A stretch of 64,000 nucleotides of DNA from a virus (taxonomy: Duplodnaviria; Caudoviricetes). A model generated the notes under the pieces. The model worked only from the letters and a program-made list of their open reading frames with translations, was not told where the DNA came from and made no database searches. Shown here piece by piece: positions 30,717 to 39,879 of the stretch. A program made the position numbers and the translations under genes. Each line of letters starts with the position of its first letter. Position 1 is the stretch's first letter. The DNA lies in the IMG/VR virus record IMGVR_UViG_3300013121_000029, positions 64,001-128,000 of that record. One strand, written 5' to 3'.

Positions 30717-31757
30717 TTAACCTTTTAATTTATTTGGCACTACTTGTTGAGCCATCCAATGATGTTTCACTGTTTGTACGTGATTTGCCCTAACATATTT
30801 TGCAACACTTTTTTTGAACTCCCCATAAGAGAAGCCATCAGCGATCCGGATTACATAACCTTCTTTCGTTTCCCAATCTCTTTTCTCATTATATAGATTA
30901 CGAATGATTTGTTCATCGTAAATTCCATCATATAAAACAGGAACATGAGGTAAATCAAATAATTTAAACCATTCTACAGTTTCATCCCATGGAAGACAAC
31001 GATTCTTCTCATCCCAAATCGAGATTCCATACAAATAACTCTCTAAATTATCATATGCAATAGAATGTTTTGCATATACATTTTCACAAATTATTCTCCA
31101 ATCACAAGGAATATCATGTGCAAATTGAGAATGAATTGCTTTTGCTCTATTTCGTGAAGGATGATTTTTACTGTCAACAGATCTTGCATGATAATAATCA
31201 TTCATTAACGTAGTATTCTCACCATCTAACTTTTCAGTAGCAATGATTCTCTTGCCTTTAAAATTATCTAACCATAAAGTAACTTTGTCATCAGAATGAA
31301 CGCAACCTGACCACGGTAAATGGAAAGTTCTTGGATATTTTACTCTATTAGTAAATCTATCCAATACTTTTCCTTTTGCTAGTATTTTTTGAACACTTTC
31401 ATCAAAAAACAATTCTCCTTTGGTTCTCATTCCGTTTTCAAGAATGTGATTACCCCATTTATCATACAAATGATCTGGATACATATGATCAGGAACAACT
31501 ATGTTAGTAATTCCACATGCTACTCTTACATCTTCTACTGAGATAATTGTCATCTCACATTGTAAGTGATGCTCTTCACAAACGCTCGCTCCATTGTCAA
31601 GGTAATATCCCTGACTTTCACCCCACAATCTTCGTTCTAAGATGTGATGAGCATCGACAGCTGGTTTATCACAAAAAACACAAGTATAGTTATCACGGGC
31701 AAATGTTTGCTCACGAAATTGATCTCTTGTTAATAATTGTGTGTTTTTTGTATTCAT
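30717..31757 (-). CDS. RNA ligase with N-terminal HNH domain
   Basis: CVFC...DAHHI...NGASVCEEHH; KYPRTFHLPWS, TEKLDGEN, EGYVIR, AKYVR. Confidence 0.85.
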   Translation of the reverse strand: MNTKNTQLLTRDQFREQTFARDNYTCVFCDKPAVDAHHILERRLWGESQGYYLDNGASVCEEHHLQCEMTIISVEDVRVACGITNIVVPDHMYPDHLYDKWGNHILENGMRTKGELFFDESVQKILAKGKVLDRFTNRVKYPRTFHLPWSGCVHSDDKVTLWLDNFKGKRIIATEKLDGENTTLMNDYYHARSVDSKNHPSRNRAKAIHSQFAHDIPCDWRIICENVYAKHSIAYDNLESYLYGISIWDEKNRCLPWDETVEWFKLFDLPHVPVLYDGIYDEQIIRNLYNEKRDWETKEGYVIRIADGFSYGEFKKSVAKYVRANHVQTVKHHWMAQQVVPNKLKG

Positions 31758-31760
31758 AAA

Positions 31761-32027
31761 TTATCTTGCCCGTTTACAAGTGCAACTCTCCGACATTGTT
31801 CTTCCCGATGGTGTTGTAAAATATACGACACCTGTATCCTTACATGTTTTACAATCTGGTTCTACTTTTAATTCGTCATGAATTTCTTCTGCGACTTCTG
31901 TAACTGCATCAGCAATGGGTTTTGTTACTACACGAGCAACGTCTGCTGCAACAGCAACAGGAGCAGATACGATATCTACTGTATCTTTCACAATACCAAC
32001 GGTTGATTTAATTAAGCTTCCAAACAT
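31761..32027 (-). CDS. small protein with C-terminal Zn ribbon
   Basis: CKTCKDTG...CTC. Confidence 0.5.
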   Translation of the reverse strand: MFGSLIKSTVGIVKDTVDIVSAPVAVAADVARVVTKPIADAVTEVAEEIHDELKVEPDCKTCKDTGVVYFTTPSGRTMSESCTCKRAR

Positions 32028-32626
32028 TATTCATTCTCCATATGATTTGTATTAGGGTTCATATATTCTTTGCAATCTTTAATTGCAAATCTGATATACT
32101 TATCATCTTTATCCAATCTTGCTTCCAATATATTAATCCATGTTTGTACTTCCTCAGTACTCGGTAATCCATTATGGATAATATAATCTGTCGATGATTC
32201 AAACAGTATATAATCAATCTTATTTAAAACATAATCTGGACTAGCACCTGTGAAGAATTTGATATATTCATCACTTACATAATGTCTTGTAGGACTTATT
32301 TCAATAATAGGCATATTATGTTCTTTTGCCCATTGTAGTTCTAATCCTACCCCTTTTGATTTATCCCATCCTGCAAGTTTCAACAAGTGTAATTCATCAG
32401 CTTGTTTGATACCATGTTCTGACATATCAATATAAAATTGATACGGAATTGATACATTAGCAGCAAGAGACAATTCATATACATCATGGGTTAACAACAC
32501 TGGAGAATTAAAATTAATTCCTTTTGCTGCTAATTCAAATGCATATTTAACACATTCCAAATAGCGAAATTTACGTACTGATGCTGATTCATGACTATAA
32601 GGTAGAGCAATATATACTGTTTTCAT
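32027..32626 (-). CDS. DUF1937 / nucleoside deoxyribosyltransferase-like protein
   Basis: VYIALPYSH, SP...H, GWDKSKGVGLE. Confidence 0.7.
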   Translation of the reverse strand: MKTVYIALPYSHESASVRKFRYLECVKYAFELAAKGINFNSPVLLTHDVYELSLAANVSIPYQFYIDMSEHGIKQADELHLLKLAGWDKSKGVGLELQWAKEHNMPIIEISPTRHYVSDEYIKFFTGASPDYVLNKIDYILFESSTDYIIHNGLPSTEEVQTWINILEARLDKDDKYIRFAIKDCKEYMNPNTNHMENE

Positions 32627-32841
32627 GAATTTGTTCCTTTTGTAAAATAATCATCAATCATGTTACGAAAGTTATCAATGTATTGATCATTGTAACTCAA
32701 TAATTCTCTCACACAACGTAATTTATATTCTGCTCCTTTACCATCAGCAGTACATAACAACGTGACCAATTCTTCAAAAGAACATTCACTTGGATTGTTT
32801 TTGGAATATGCTTTTCTTCTTGCATCGCCGTTAAGAATCAT
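32623..32841 (-). CDS. hypothetical protein
   Basis: GAGGA RBS, ATGA coupling. Confidence 0.5.
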   Translation of the reverse strand: MILNGDARRKAYSKNNPSECSFEELVTLLCTADGKGAEYKLRCVRELLSYNDQYIDNFRNMIDDYFTKGTNS

Positions 32842-32848
32842 GTTATCC

Positions 32849-33271
32849 TCAGTATAGTAATAAATGACCAGTAATTGGATTTACTTGTTCCGGATAGGCT
32901 GGCCCAATTGCACAACAAGTTTTTGTCGGAACTCCGTTAAACACTGTTCTTCCAGCATCTTCGATTAACGAACAAATTAATCCTGCGTTCAATGCTTGAT
33001 TGTATATGTCTAATAGTTCTTGTTCAGAATTTACAGATACACAAATCTTAGTGAACGATCCTTCTAACCATTTTTGTAAAGCACTGTACTTTAAATCTAT
33101 ATCATAACTAATTGGATATCTATTACCACCTAATCCATCTGACGAATAAGATATGCTTCCACAACTTAATAAAGCAGCCATTGAAGCGTGTGCTGCTTGG
33201 GAAATAATTTTCCCCACGTTCATATTTAAATCCTTTCTAACTACTATAATTTGTTTAGGTTCGTCGTTCAT
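32849..33271 (-). CDS. pth2: peptidyl-tRNA hydrolase, Pth2 type
   Basis: KQIIVVRKDLNM.VGKIISQAAHAS, DAGRT, TCCAIGP. Confidence 0.9.
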   Translation of the reverse strand: MNDEPKQIIVVRKDLNMNVGKIISQAAHASMAALLSCGSISYSSDGLGGNRYPISYDIDLKYSALQKWLEGSFTKICVSVNSEQELLDIYNQALNAGLICSLIEDAGRTVFNGVPTKTCCAIGPAYPEQVNPITGHLLLY

Positions 33272-33299
33272 AAATACCTCAAAGTAAAGTGACTGCTCA

Positions 33300-34097
33300 A
33301 TGAATTATTTTAAACATTATATATTATTAATTAAAACAAGACAACAGAAGAATCGTGTTAAAGGTTCAGAATATTTTGAAGCCCATCATATTTTACCCAA
33401 ATCGTTAGGAGGTCCTAATAATAAAGCAAATTTAGTGTTACTTACACCACGGGAACACTTTTTAGCACATGTCTTGCTTGTTAAGTTTTGTACAGGAACG
33501 AGCAAGTCAAAGATGGCATATGCTTTAATGAAAATGGTTCAAAATAATCCACAACAAACAAGAAAAATAACATCAAGACAATATGCTCAAATGAGAAAGA
33601 TCATCGAGGTAGTTTGTTCGGGTGAAAATCATAAAAATTATGGAACGAAAAAGACCAAGGAGCAAAAAGAATATTTGAGTAAATTACGTAAAGGAGAAAA
33701 TAATCCTATGTATGGAAAAGAACCTTGGAATAAGGGACAAACAGCAGAAACTAATGATATTCTTAAAGAAAAAGTAGAACGATATAAGCAAAATATAAAA
33801 GAAGGAAAATACACTCATTTTCAGAATAGACCTCCTATGTCAGACGAAGCAAAACAAAAAATGAGTAAAGCCAAAAAAGGAGTACCTAAATCAGAAGAAC
33901 ATAAAAGAAAAATTTCTGAAACAACTAAAGGTAGAAAATTAGATCCAGAACGGATTAGAAAAGCCAAGGAAACGCGGCAACGTAATGGAAAAAAACAACC
34001 TATTGTCGAATGTCCACATTGTAATAAAAAAGGACCATACAATAGTATGTGTAGATGGCATTTTAATAATTGTAAATTACATACAAATAATATATAA
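33300..34097 (+). mobile_element. free-standing HNH homing endonuclease with NUMOD3-like repeats
   Basis: EAHHILPKSLGGPN...NLVLLTPREHFLAH; KGENNPMYGK, SEEHKRKIS; opposite strand, TAAATA at 33271. Confidence 0.85.
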
Positions 34098-34123
34098 ATA
34101 CTGTACCAACATATGTGTTAAAA

Positions 34124-34465
34124 ATGAAAATTATAGATTTACTAGAAGGATATTATAAATCATTAGACATTGATCGTCAAGAGGGTAGATACGTACCTCC
34201 TTCAAAACCTTTAACACAACCAAAAGAAAATAGAAACCAAGTATATAACCTTGAATTGTGGTATGACACTACTGGTTATATGATTACTACTGTTGCTCCT
34301 ACATTAGAAAAAGCACAATCACAAGCATTATATCGTGTTAAGAAATACTTAAAAGCGCATTATCCAAGATATGATGTGACTGGCTTACGAAAAGATCAAG
34401 TTAAGATAATTGAAATTAAACCAGAAGAAGTTAGATTTAAGAAAGGACGACTATTAGTTATTTGA
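34124..34465 (+). CDS. putative virion-internal protein
   Basis: MKIIDLLEG; TATAAATA at 34093-34100. Confidence 0.55.
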   Translation: MKIIDLLEGYYKSLDIDRQEGRYVPPSKPLTQPKENRNQVYNLELWYDTTGYMITTVAPTLEKAQSQALYRVKKYLKAHYPRYDVTGLRKDQVKIIEIKPEEVRFKKGRLLVI

Positions 34466-34898
34466 TATTAACCAGTGTAAATTTCTGATACGATCCATAT
34501 AAATTTGCTATCTCGCTCAATTCTTGTATTAGTTTAGGATCGTTATGAATATTGTTTGTATAAGCGATCATATTAACAGAATACCCTCTAAAAGAACACA
34601 TATCACAGTTAAATGCTAATACTCTGTTATAATTATCTAATTCATACGAACGTTTGTTGTCTGCTTTAACAGTTGGTTTAAGACCCTTTGGAATTGTTTG
34701 AATTAACTGTTTAACTTCAGCAAGTCGTTCTGTCGCTTCTGTAATATTTGTTCCTACTATTGCAAAGTTTTGGTAATAGGTATATAATAATTGATGAATT
34801 AATGGGACATAATGTGGAGGAATACCGAATCTATCTTCCAGTTCAAACGAATGTTTAGCTACTTTGGACAGTAACTTCATTTGATCTTCGAAATTCAT
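34458..34898 (-). CDS. hypothetical protein
   Basis: 146-aa ORF, GAGG RBS. Confidence 0.55.
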   Translation of the reverse strand: MNFEDQMKLLSKVAKHSFELEDRFGIPPHYVPLIHQLLYTYYQNFAIVGTNITEATERLAEVKQLIQTIPKGLKPTVKADNKRSYELDNYNRVLAFNCDMCSFRGYSVNMIAYTNNIHNDPKLIQELSEIANLYGSYQKFTLVNIK

Positions 34899-35125
34899 TA
34901 CGACCTCAATTTATTATGATCTTCCCACGTTCCTTCAGCAATACGTTGCTCACGTTTTGCTTTGCATCGTAAAGCAAATGCCGTTGCTCTTGCGCGGATT
35001 TCTTCGTGTGTGCGATATTTAATATGAGGATCAGGTTGCATTCTATTCACTTGATCGTCAGGAATTTCAATACGTACTGTTTCACCAGTACTTGCTTCGA
35101 TTAAGTTGTCAAATACGTATATCAT
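34898..35125 (-). CDS. hypothetical protein
   Basis: AAGGAG RBS. Confidence 0.55.
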   Translation of the reverse strand: MIYVFDNLIEASTGETVRIEIPDDQVNRMQPDPHIKYRTHEEIRARATAFALRCKAKREQRIAEGTWEDHNKLRS

Positions 35126-35143
35126 ATTAAAACTCCTTGAATG

Positions 35144-35222
35144 TGGTAGACGAGGTAGGATTTGAACCTACGGTAATTCCACCTTGTAACGATGGCGTTT
35201 TCGACCACTCAACCACTCGTCC
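35144..35222 (-). tRNA. tRNA with UAC anticodon (Val), atypical
   Basis: GGACGAG/CTCGTCT-A-CCA; loop GT-TAC-AA (G32); TTCAAAT T-loop. Confidence 0.65.
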
Positions 35223-35233
35223 GTCAAAAAATA

Positions 35234-35311
35234 TGGAGTCGCTGACAGGACTTGAACCTGCATAAGCAAGAGTTGCAATCATGCGCCTAAATCCATTCGA
35301 GCCACAGCGAC
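35234..35311 (-). tRNA. tRNA-Cys(GCA)
   Basis: GTCGCTG/CAGCGAC, U73, CCA; TT-GCA-AC. Confidence 0.85.
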
Positions 35312-35319
35312 ATAAAATC

Positions 35320-35398
35320 TGGTGGAACCTATGGGATTTGAACCCATCTGTTATCTTAGGTGCAAGCTAAGCAATCACCCCAAGCAATTCCAGGCCCC
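35320..35398 (-). tRNA. tRNA-Ala(UGC)
   Basis: G3:U70, CTTAG-CT-TGC-AC-CTAAG, CCA. Confidence 0.85.
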
Positions 35399-35421
35399 AG
35401 ATTTCTATTTATTATTCGATT

Positions 35422-35450
35422 ATTATATTACAATATTTTTTCTAAGTCAA
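35422..35450 (-). promoter_or_regulatory. sigma70-type promoter for the tRNA trio
   Basis: TTGACT-17-TATAAT. Confidence 0.75.
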
Positions 35451-36268
35451 CGAATAAAAATAGGATTGAATGTTTGACCTTGATACTTATGAGCATTTTT
35501 CTTATGCAGTTCAATCACTTTTCCATACTTTTGTTCTAAATCATATGGACACATGGTGTCCTTCGCAATGTGAAAATATGCCAATTCATCATATGTACAA
35601 CCAAAGTTTTCTTCATCAGATGTTCCATCAATTAAATCACCCGTTGGTACTCTATCAATAATTTGTGAGGGGATCTCAAACCATCTTGCTGCTTCTATCA
35701 CTTCGAATTTGTGCCAATCAGAAATTATTTGCAAATCAACCACCATGTCAGAATTCTTTCCGAACCATCCAACATACTCCATTTCATCACGATTTGTTGT
35801 TCCCACTGTAATAGCGTTTAATTGCTGAGCGTATGTAAATAACATTTGATATCTCAAAGCATAAGAAGATTGTGCAAGTAAATGTTTACTAGGATTATCA
35901 ATCTTCAATTCATTTACCATTAATGAAAGAGTATTGGAACAATCAATATGTTTAATATGAACATTAGGATTATACTGTAATGCATTCTTTAATGTATTAA
36001 TATATGTTGGATCAAAGACATGACCGTACACATTATAAAATCCAATACAATAAGCATATATATTTAAATCTCTTATATATGAACGTTGTACATTTTCAAG
36101 TATATACAAAACGACAGTAGAATCAATCCCTCCACTAATTCCTAAAACAACATTTTTGATATTATGTTCCTTGAGATACTTAGCAACTTTTCGTATCTTA
36201 TTATTAAGATCAAAAAAGTTTAATGTTTGATACTTATACTCTTGTACTTTTTTATCAAAATCAAGCAT
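35447..36268 (-). CDS. nadE: NH3-dependent NAD+ synthetase
   Basis: VLGISGGIDS, GTTNRDE..VGWFGK.SD, HKFEV, PTGDL...SDEENFG.TY. Confidence 0.85.
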   Translation of the reverse strand: MLDFDKKVQEYKYQTLNFFDLNNKIRKVAKYLKEHNIKNVVLGISGGIDSTVVLYILENVQRSYIRDLNIYAYCIGFYNVYGHVFDPTYINTLKNALQYNPNVHIKHIDCSNTLSLMVNELKIDNPSKHLLAQSSYALRYQMLFTYAQQLNAITVGTTNRDEMEYVGWFGKNSDMVVDLQIISDWHKFEVIEAARWFEIPSQIIDRVPTGDLIDGTSDEENFGCTYDELAYFHIAKDTMCPYDLEQKYGKVIELHKKNAHKYQGQTFNPIFIR

Positions 36269-37065
36269 TATCGTGTTGCTCCTTTAAACAATATATCCCC
36301 TCGACAGATGTAACGATAACTGTCCTTATCAGTAAACGGTAATACTGTATGACATAAAGTATGAGGAAACAATACAATTTTCATACAACTTGGTTTAATC
36401 TTAAGCCAGATTTCATCATTTGTGGCTTGTCTTGTCCAATCAGACTTATCTTTTGCATGTTCAGTTGTATCATTAATAAAAGCAAGTTCGCCAGAATTGC
36501 AATTGTTGAAATAAACAACAATACTATATTTTGTCGATGTCTGATTGTAATCATAATTAAAATCGCTATCATAGTGCGGGAAATGTTCTCCACCAGACGA
36601 GTATCTCATAAAACGAAAATATTGGCTGACATTGATCATTTCCCACCAAATCGTTCGTTGGAATTCTACAGTAGACATCCCCCATTGTTGTTCGATTGTT
36701 TGTTCTGTTCTGATGATATCAACAATAGAATATTTTGATACTATATTAGTAAGATATTCAGCAAATTGTTTATCCATAGTGCAAAATCTAGTCGATCCTG
36801 CTAATTTACAATTGTCAGAATCTACTTTCGCTCCAGTAATTGTGACTGGATATGTAGCAGCATGTTTTTCATATAAAGAAAACCAATCTTTCATTTGATC
36901 GACAATTCCACGTTGATCTCTTGTCATCTCATGCGTTGGATTAAGTTCAAATATTCCTTGACCGTGCGAAATGACATTGAAATAAGTAGGCAATCCAATA
37001 AGATTCTTAGGAATAATGTGAGTTACATTTGGACTGGGAAATTCCTTCATTAAATTCATTTGCAT
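36268..37065 (-). CDS. 2OG-Fe(II) oxygenase
   Basis: FRFMRY..GGEHFPHYD, HTVLP, RYICRGD. Confidence 0.8.
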   Translation of the reverse strand: MQMNLMKEFPSPNVTHIIPKNLIGLPTYFNVISHGQGIFELNPTHEMTRDQRGIVDQMKDWFSLYEKHAATYPVTITGAKVDSDNCKLAGSTRFCTMDKQFAEYLTNIVSKYSIVDIIRTEQTIEQQWGMSTVEFQRTIWWEMINVSQYFRFMRYSSGGEHFPHYDSDFNYDYNQTSTKYSIVVYFNNCNSGELAFINDTTEHAKDKSDWTRQATNDEIWLKIKPSCMKIVLFPHTLCHTVLPFTDKDSYRYICRGDILFKGATR

Positions 37066-38213
37066 AACCTCTTAATTTGTTGTTTAAATACCAGAAACGT
37101 TTTATGGTCTTCTTTGGTAAAGGGTAACATAGAACATCTTGTACTGATGTCATAAAATGGGTAACGATAATCATCATTATAAAAATCAGCAAAATCAACT
37201 ATCTCAATATTATCTTGTTGTAACGTGTAATCCATTACTGCTACCACTTTACATCCCAACATTTCTAGACAACGTTTTGTGCCTCCAGTATAGATATCAC
37301 TATCCAGTACTACTTTGTTTCTTAATTTATCAATATCACCATTGTACGTATTGGAAGTCATTAATGGATGTTCGAATTCTCTATGAAAAGGAACATAAGG
37401 AAGGATGTTTTTATATTCTTTACAAATTGTTACTTCAGCATTCGTTTCGTTTTTAAGACGTTGAGCCATTCCGATTTCGGTTTTCATGTATACTGGAATA
37501 ATATCTGAATAATGGTCGTGAAATGTTGCTGAGAACATTGTGAATTCCCATAATTCATTGCAACGTAGATATACTTTTTTCTTAACAACCGGTTTTGGAT
37601 TATCTTTGATTGCATTAGAACTTGATAATCCAGTAGTATCAGGACAATAGAAAAATTGAAGTTTATTTGTCAACAGTCCAAGTTTCGTAAAGTATTCACG
37701 ATCCTTTCCACTTAAAATATAAGGAACATTAGACATTACCAAATTATCGTAACTACCTAATTGTCGAACAACAAAATCATGCACCAAGTCTGTAAAGTTA
37801 AAGTCCCGATCGTTGTTGAGCATTGGATTTAGATCGATACAAATATTGTATTTGGTATCTTTCAATTTTTCAACAATCTTATCAAATCTGTATCTATTAG
37901 TAGCATAAAGAGAATCTTGACCATACTTAGATACAGTATAATCAGTATTTGCAGGGGCAATAACAACTACATAATTATCTGTAAAATGTTTAATCATAGA
38001 CACAAATGATTCAATTACAGAAACATGACCATCGTGAAATTCAGCAAAACACCCTGGAAAGTATCCAATTACTGTTTTGCTATCGATTTTGATTGCTTTG
38101 TTAATCCAATGAACATAATTCACATCCGCCAAACGTTCGAAATTAGATTGTGGATCAAACCAACCTAATTGCTGGAGGATATCTGAATAAATGAAGGACT
38201 GTGTCATAGACAT
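37056..38213 (-). CDS. HIGH-type nucleotidyltransferase fused to a PRTase-like domain
   Basis: FPGCFAEFHDGH, GLSSS; VVLDSDIYTGGT resembles the PRPP-binding loop. Confidence 0.7.
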   Translation of the reverse strand: MSMTQSFIYSDILQQLGWFDPQSNFERLADVNYVHWINKAIKIDSKTVIGYFPGCFAEFHDGHVSVIESFVSMIKHFTDNYVVVIAPANTDYTVSKYGQDSLYATNRYRFDKIVEKLKDTKYNICIDLNPMLNNDRDFNFTDLVHDFVVRQLGSYDNLVMSNVPYILSGKDREYFTKLGLLTNKLQFFYCPDTTGLSSSNAIKDNPKPVVKKKVYLRCNELWEFTMFSATFHDHYSDIIPVYMKTEIGMAQRLKNETNAEVTICKEYKNILPYVPFHREFEHPLMTSNTYNGDIDKLRNKVVLDSDIYTGGTKRCLEMLGCKVVAVMDYTLQQDNIEIVDFADFYNDDYRYPFYDISTRCSMLPFTKEDHKTFLVFKQQIKRLCK

Positions 38214-38236
38214 AATATCTCTTAAAGTATAAGAGT

Positions 38237-38265
38237 ATTATAAGAGATTAAAATAGTTGTTACAA
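38237..38265 (-). promoter_or_regulatory. sigma70-type promoter for the NadE operon
   Basis: TTGTAA-17-TATAAT. Confidence 0.6.
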
Positions 38266-38268
38266 ACA

Positions 38269-38336
38269 TGGCGGAAAGTTAGAGAGTTAGAGAGTCGAAC
38301 TCTAAAGGGTCTCTTAAACCTCGACGCATTTCAAGT
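38269..38336 (-). pseudogene. 3' half of tRNA-Ser(UGA)
   Basis: CT-TGA-AA, long variable arm, T-arm, G73-CCA; 5' half missing; 8-nt duplication gttagaga. Confidence 0.65.
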
Positions 38337-38412
38337 TGGCAAGCCCGAGTGGAGTCGAACCACTAACCTTCTGAATCAAAATCAGATGCTCTACCAGTTG
38401 CGCTACGGGCCT
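38337..38412 (-). tRNA. tRNA-Gln(UUG)
   Basis: TCTGA-TT-TTG-AT-TCAGA, G73-CCA; promoter TTGAAT-17-TATAAT at 38428-38456. Confidence 0.85.
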
Positions 38413-38452
38413 AAAATTATTACGTCTATTATATATGATTGAATCAAATAAT

Positions 38453-38869
38453 TCAACTATAATTTAGAATTATTAAACCAGCATGTATTTTTGCATGACA
38501 GTTCTTACACACTAAAATACATTTTTCAATTTCGCATTTGACAGTTTCAATACTTTGTGTGTAAACGGAGGATAATTGGAAATTTTTTTGAGAAGGATCT
38601 AAGTGATGAAAATCTAAACATACAATTTCTTTCTCTCCACACACAGTACAAGCATTGTTTTGTTTATATTCACGAATATATTGCAATACTTTTTCTGCTC
38701 TTTTCTTGTTTCGAGTTAATATTGTTTCCTTATATTTCTGATAATGAGCATTACTACGAGCACGAGCACACACTTTGCATAAATGTTGATATCCTTTAGT
38801 TTGACACTTGTCTTTTCTAAATTCTGTTAATTTTTTTTCTTCGTTACAAATGCAACATTTTTTAAGCAT
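38453..38869 (-). mobile_element. HNH endonuclease inside the tRNA cluster
   Basis: CCIC, CKVC, CTVCGE...LDFHHLDP..K...KCILVCKNCHAKIH. Confidence 0.8.
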
Positions 38870-38924
38870 ACTAAAAATCTCTTTTTAGTATTTATGCCCG
38901 TTCGATAACTAGTAACAATTGAAC

Positions 38925-38997
38925 TGGCATCCCGAGAGACTTGAACTCCCAACTTCTGGTTTTGAAGACCAGCGTTCTGCCATTGAACTACACCCTT
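38925..38997 (-). tRNA. Trp-like tRNA with UCA (opal) anticodon and unpaired acceptor stem, possibly a pseudogene
   Basis: CTGGT-CT-TCA-AA-ACCAG; D and T arms intact; 3' strand GGGAT-G-CCA does not pair with 5' AAGGGTG. Confidence 0.6.
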
Positions 38998-39001
38998 ATA
39001 A

Positions 39002-39721
39002 TTAGATATCTTTAAAAACCGATCTACCTTTAGCATCTCGTTGTTGCAACCATTTAAAAAATTCATTAGTTGCATCTTTCATATCAATGTCTCGTTGTTG
39101 AGCAATATGTTTAACAAATTCGACACTATCAATATTTGTTTTTTGTTCAGCATATTGTATTGCCTGGTCAAAAGACATTTTTTGACCTAAATTATATATT
39201 GGATTTTTTCCACCATCATACAATTGTTTCATTTTCTTCATAAACGAATCAGCAAACTTATCTACTTGAGCATCAGCTCCACTTCCTGTAACAGCATCTT
39301 TCGTATCTGTCAAAGGTTGTACAATATCTTGTATTGTATCAGGAGACATTGATTGTAAATTTTGTACCAACTCAGAAGCATTAGCAGTATCCATTCCTAA
39401 AATTGCTGCTCCAAGAACAGTAATTAACAATGCAGGTTTGATTATTTTAGCATTTTTCTTAGCAAATTGAACTACTTTCTGCTTTTCAGCATCTGTTAAC
39501 CCAGAAGATTGTACTTTTGCCCAAATTTTACCTTGTGCATCATTTAAAGCCTCTAAAGGATTATTTGCTTTTGATAACACTTGTTTTAGTTTTTGTGCTT
39601 TTGATACAATAAACGATTTAATATCTGCTTCTGTCAACAGAGTTTCATTTAATTGTGTACTTTCTCGTACAAATGAATCAATTAAAATATCATCTGGTGT
39701 TACTAAGTCTGTAAGTTTCAT
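39002..39721 (-). CDS. putative virion-internal protein with internal hydrophobic segment
   Basis: MKLTDLV, QLNETLLTE; TAAATA at 39747-39752. Confidence 0.6.
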   Translation of the reverse strand: MKLTDLVTPDDILIDSFVRESTQLNETLLTEADIKSFIVSKAQKLKQVLSKANNPLEALNDAQGKIWAKVQSSGLTDAEKQKVVQFAKKNAKIIKPALLITVLGAAILGMDTANASELVQNLQSMSPDTIQDIVQPLTDTKDAVTGSGADAQVDKFADSFMKKMKQLYDGGKNPIYNLGQKMSFDQAIQYAEQKTNIDSVEFVKHIAQQRDIDMKDATNEFFKWLQQRDAKGRSVFKDI

Positions 39722-39783
39722 TTTCTGTACTTTATAATAGGTAATGTATTTATTACATTATAATATGAGTATGAAAAAATTGA

Positions 39784-39879
39784 GGCACTTTACTAATACC
39801 AGTAGCGAATTGGTATTAAACGGCAGTTCCCGCCGACGCCTACCCAACCGTTAACGGTAACGGTCCTAAGGGTGGAGTT
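39784..39879 (-). ncRNA. structured repeat, copy 1, with 23S rRNA-complementary segments
   Basis: 72 bp identical to copy 2; three hairpins; CCTTAGGACCGTTA and TTCGCTAC. Confidence 0.65.
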
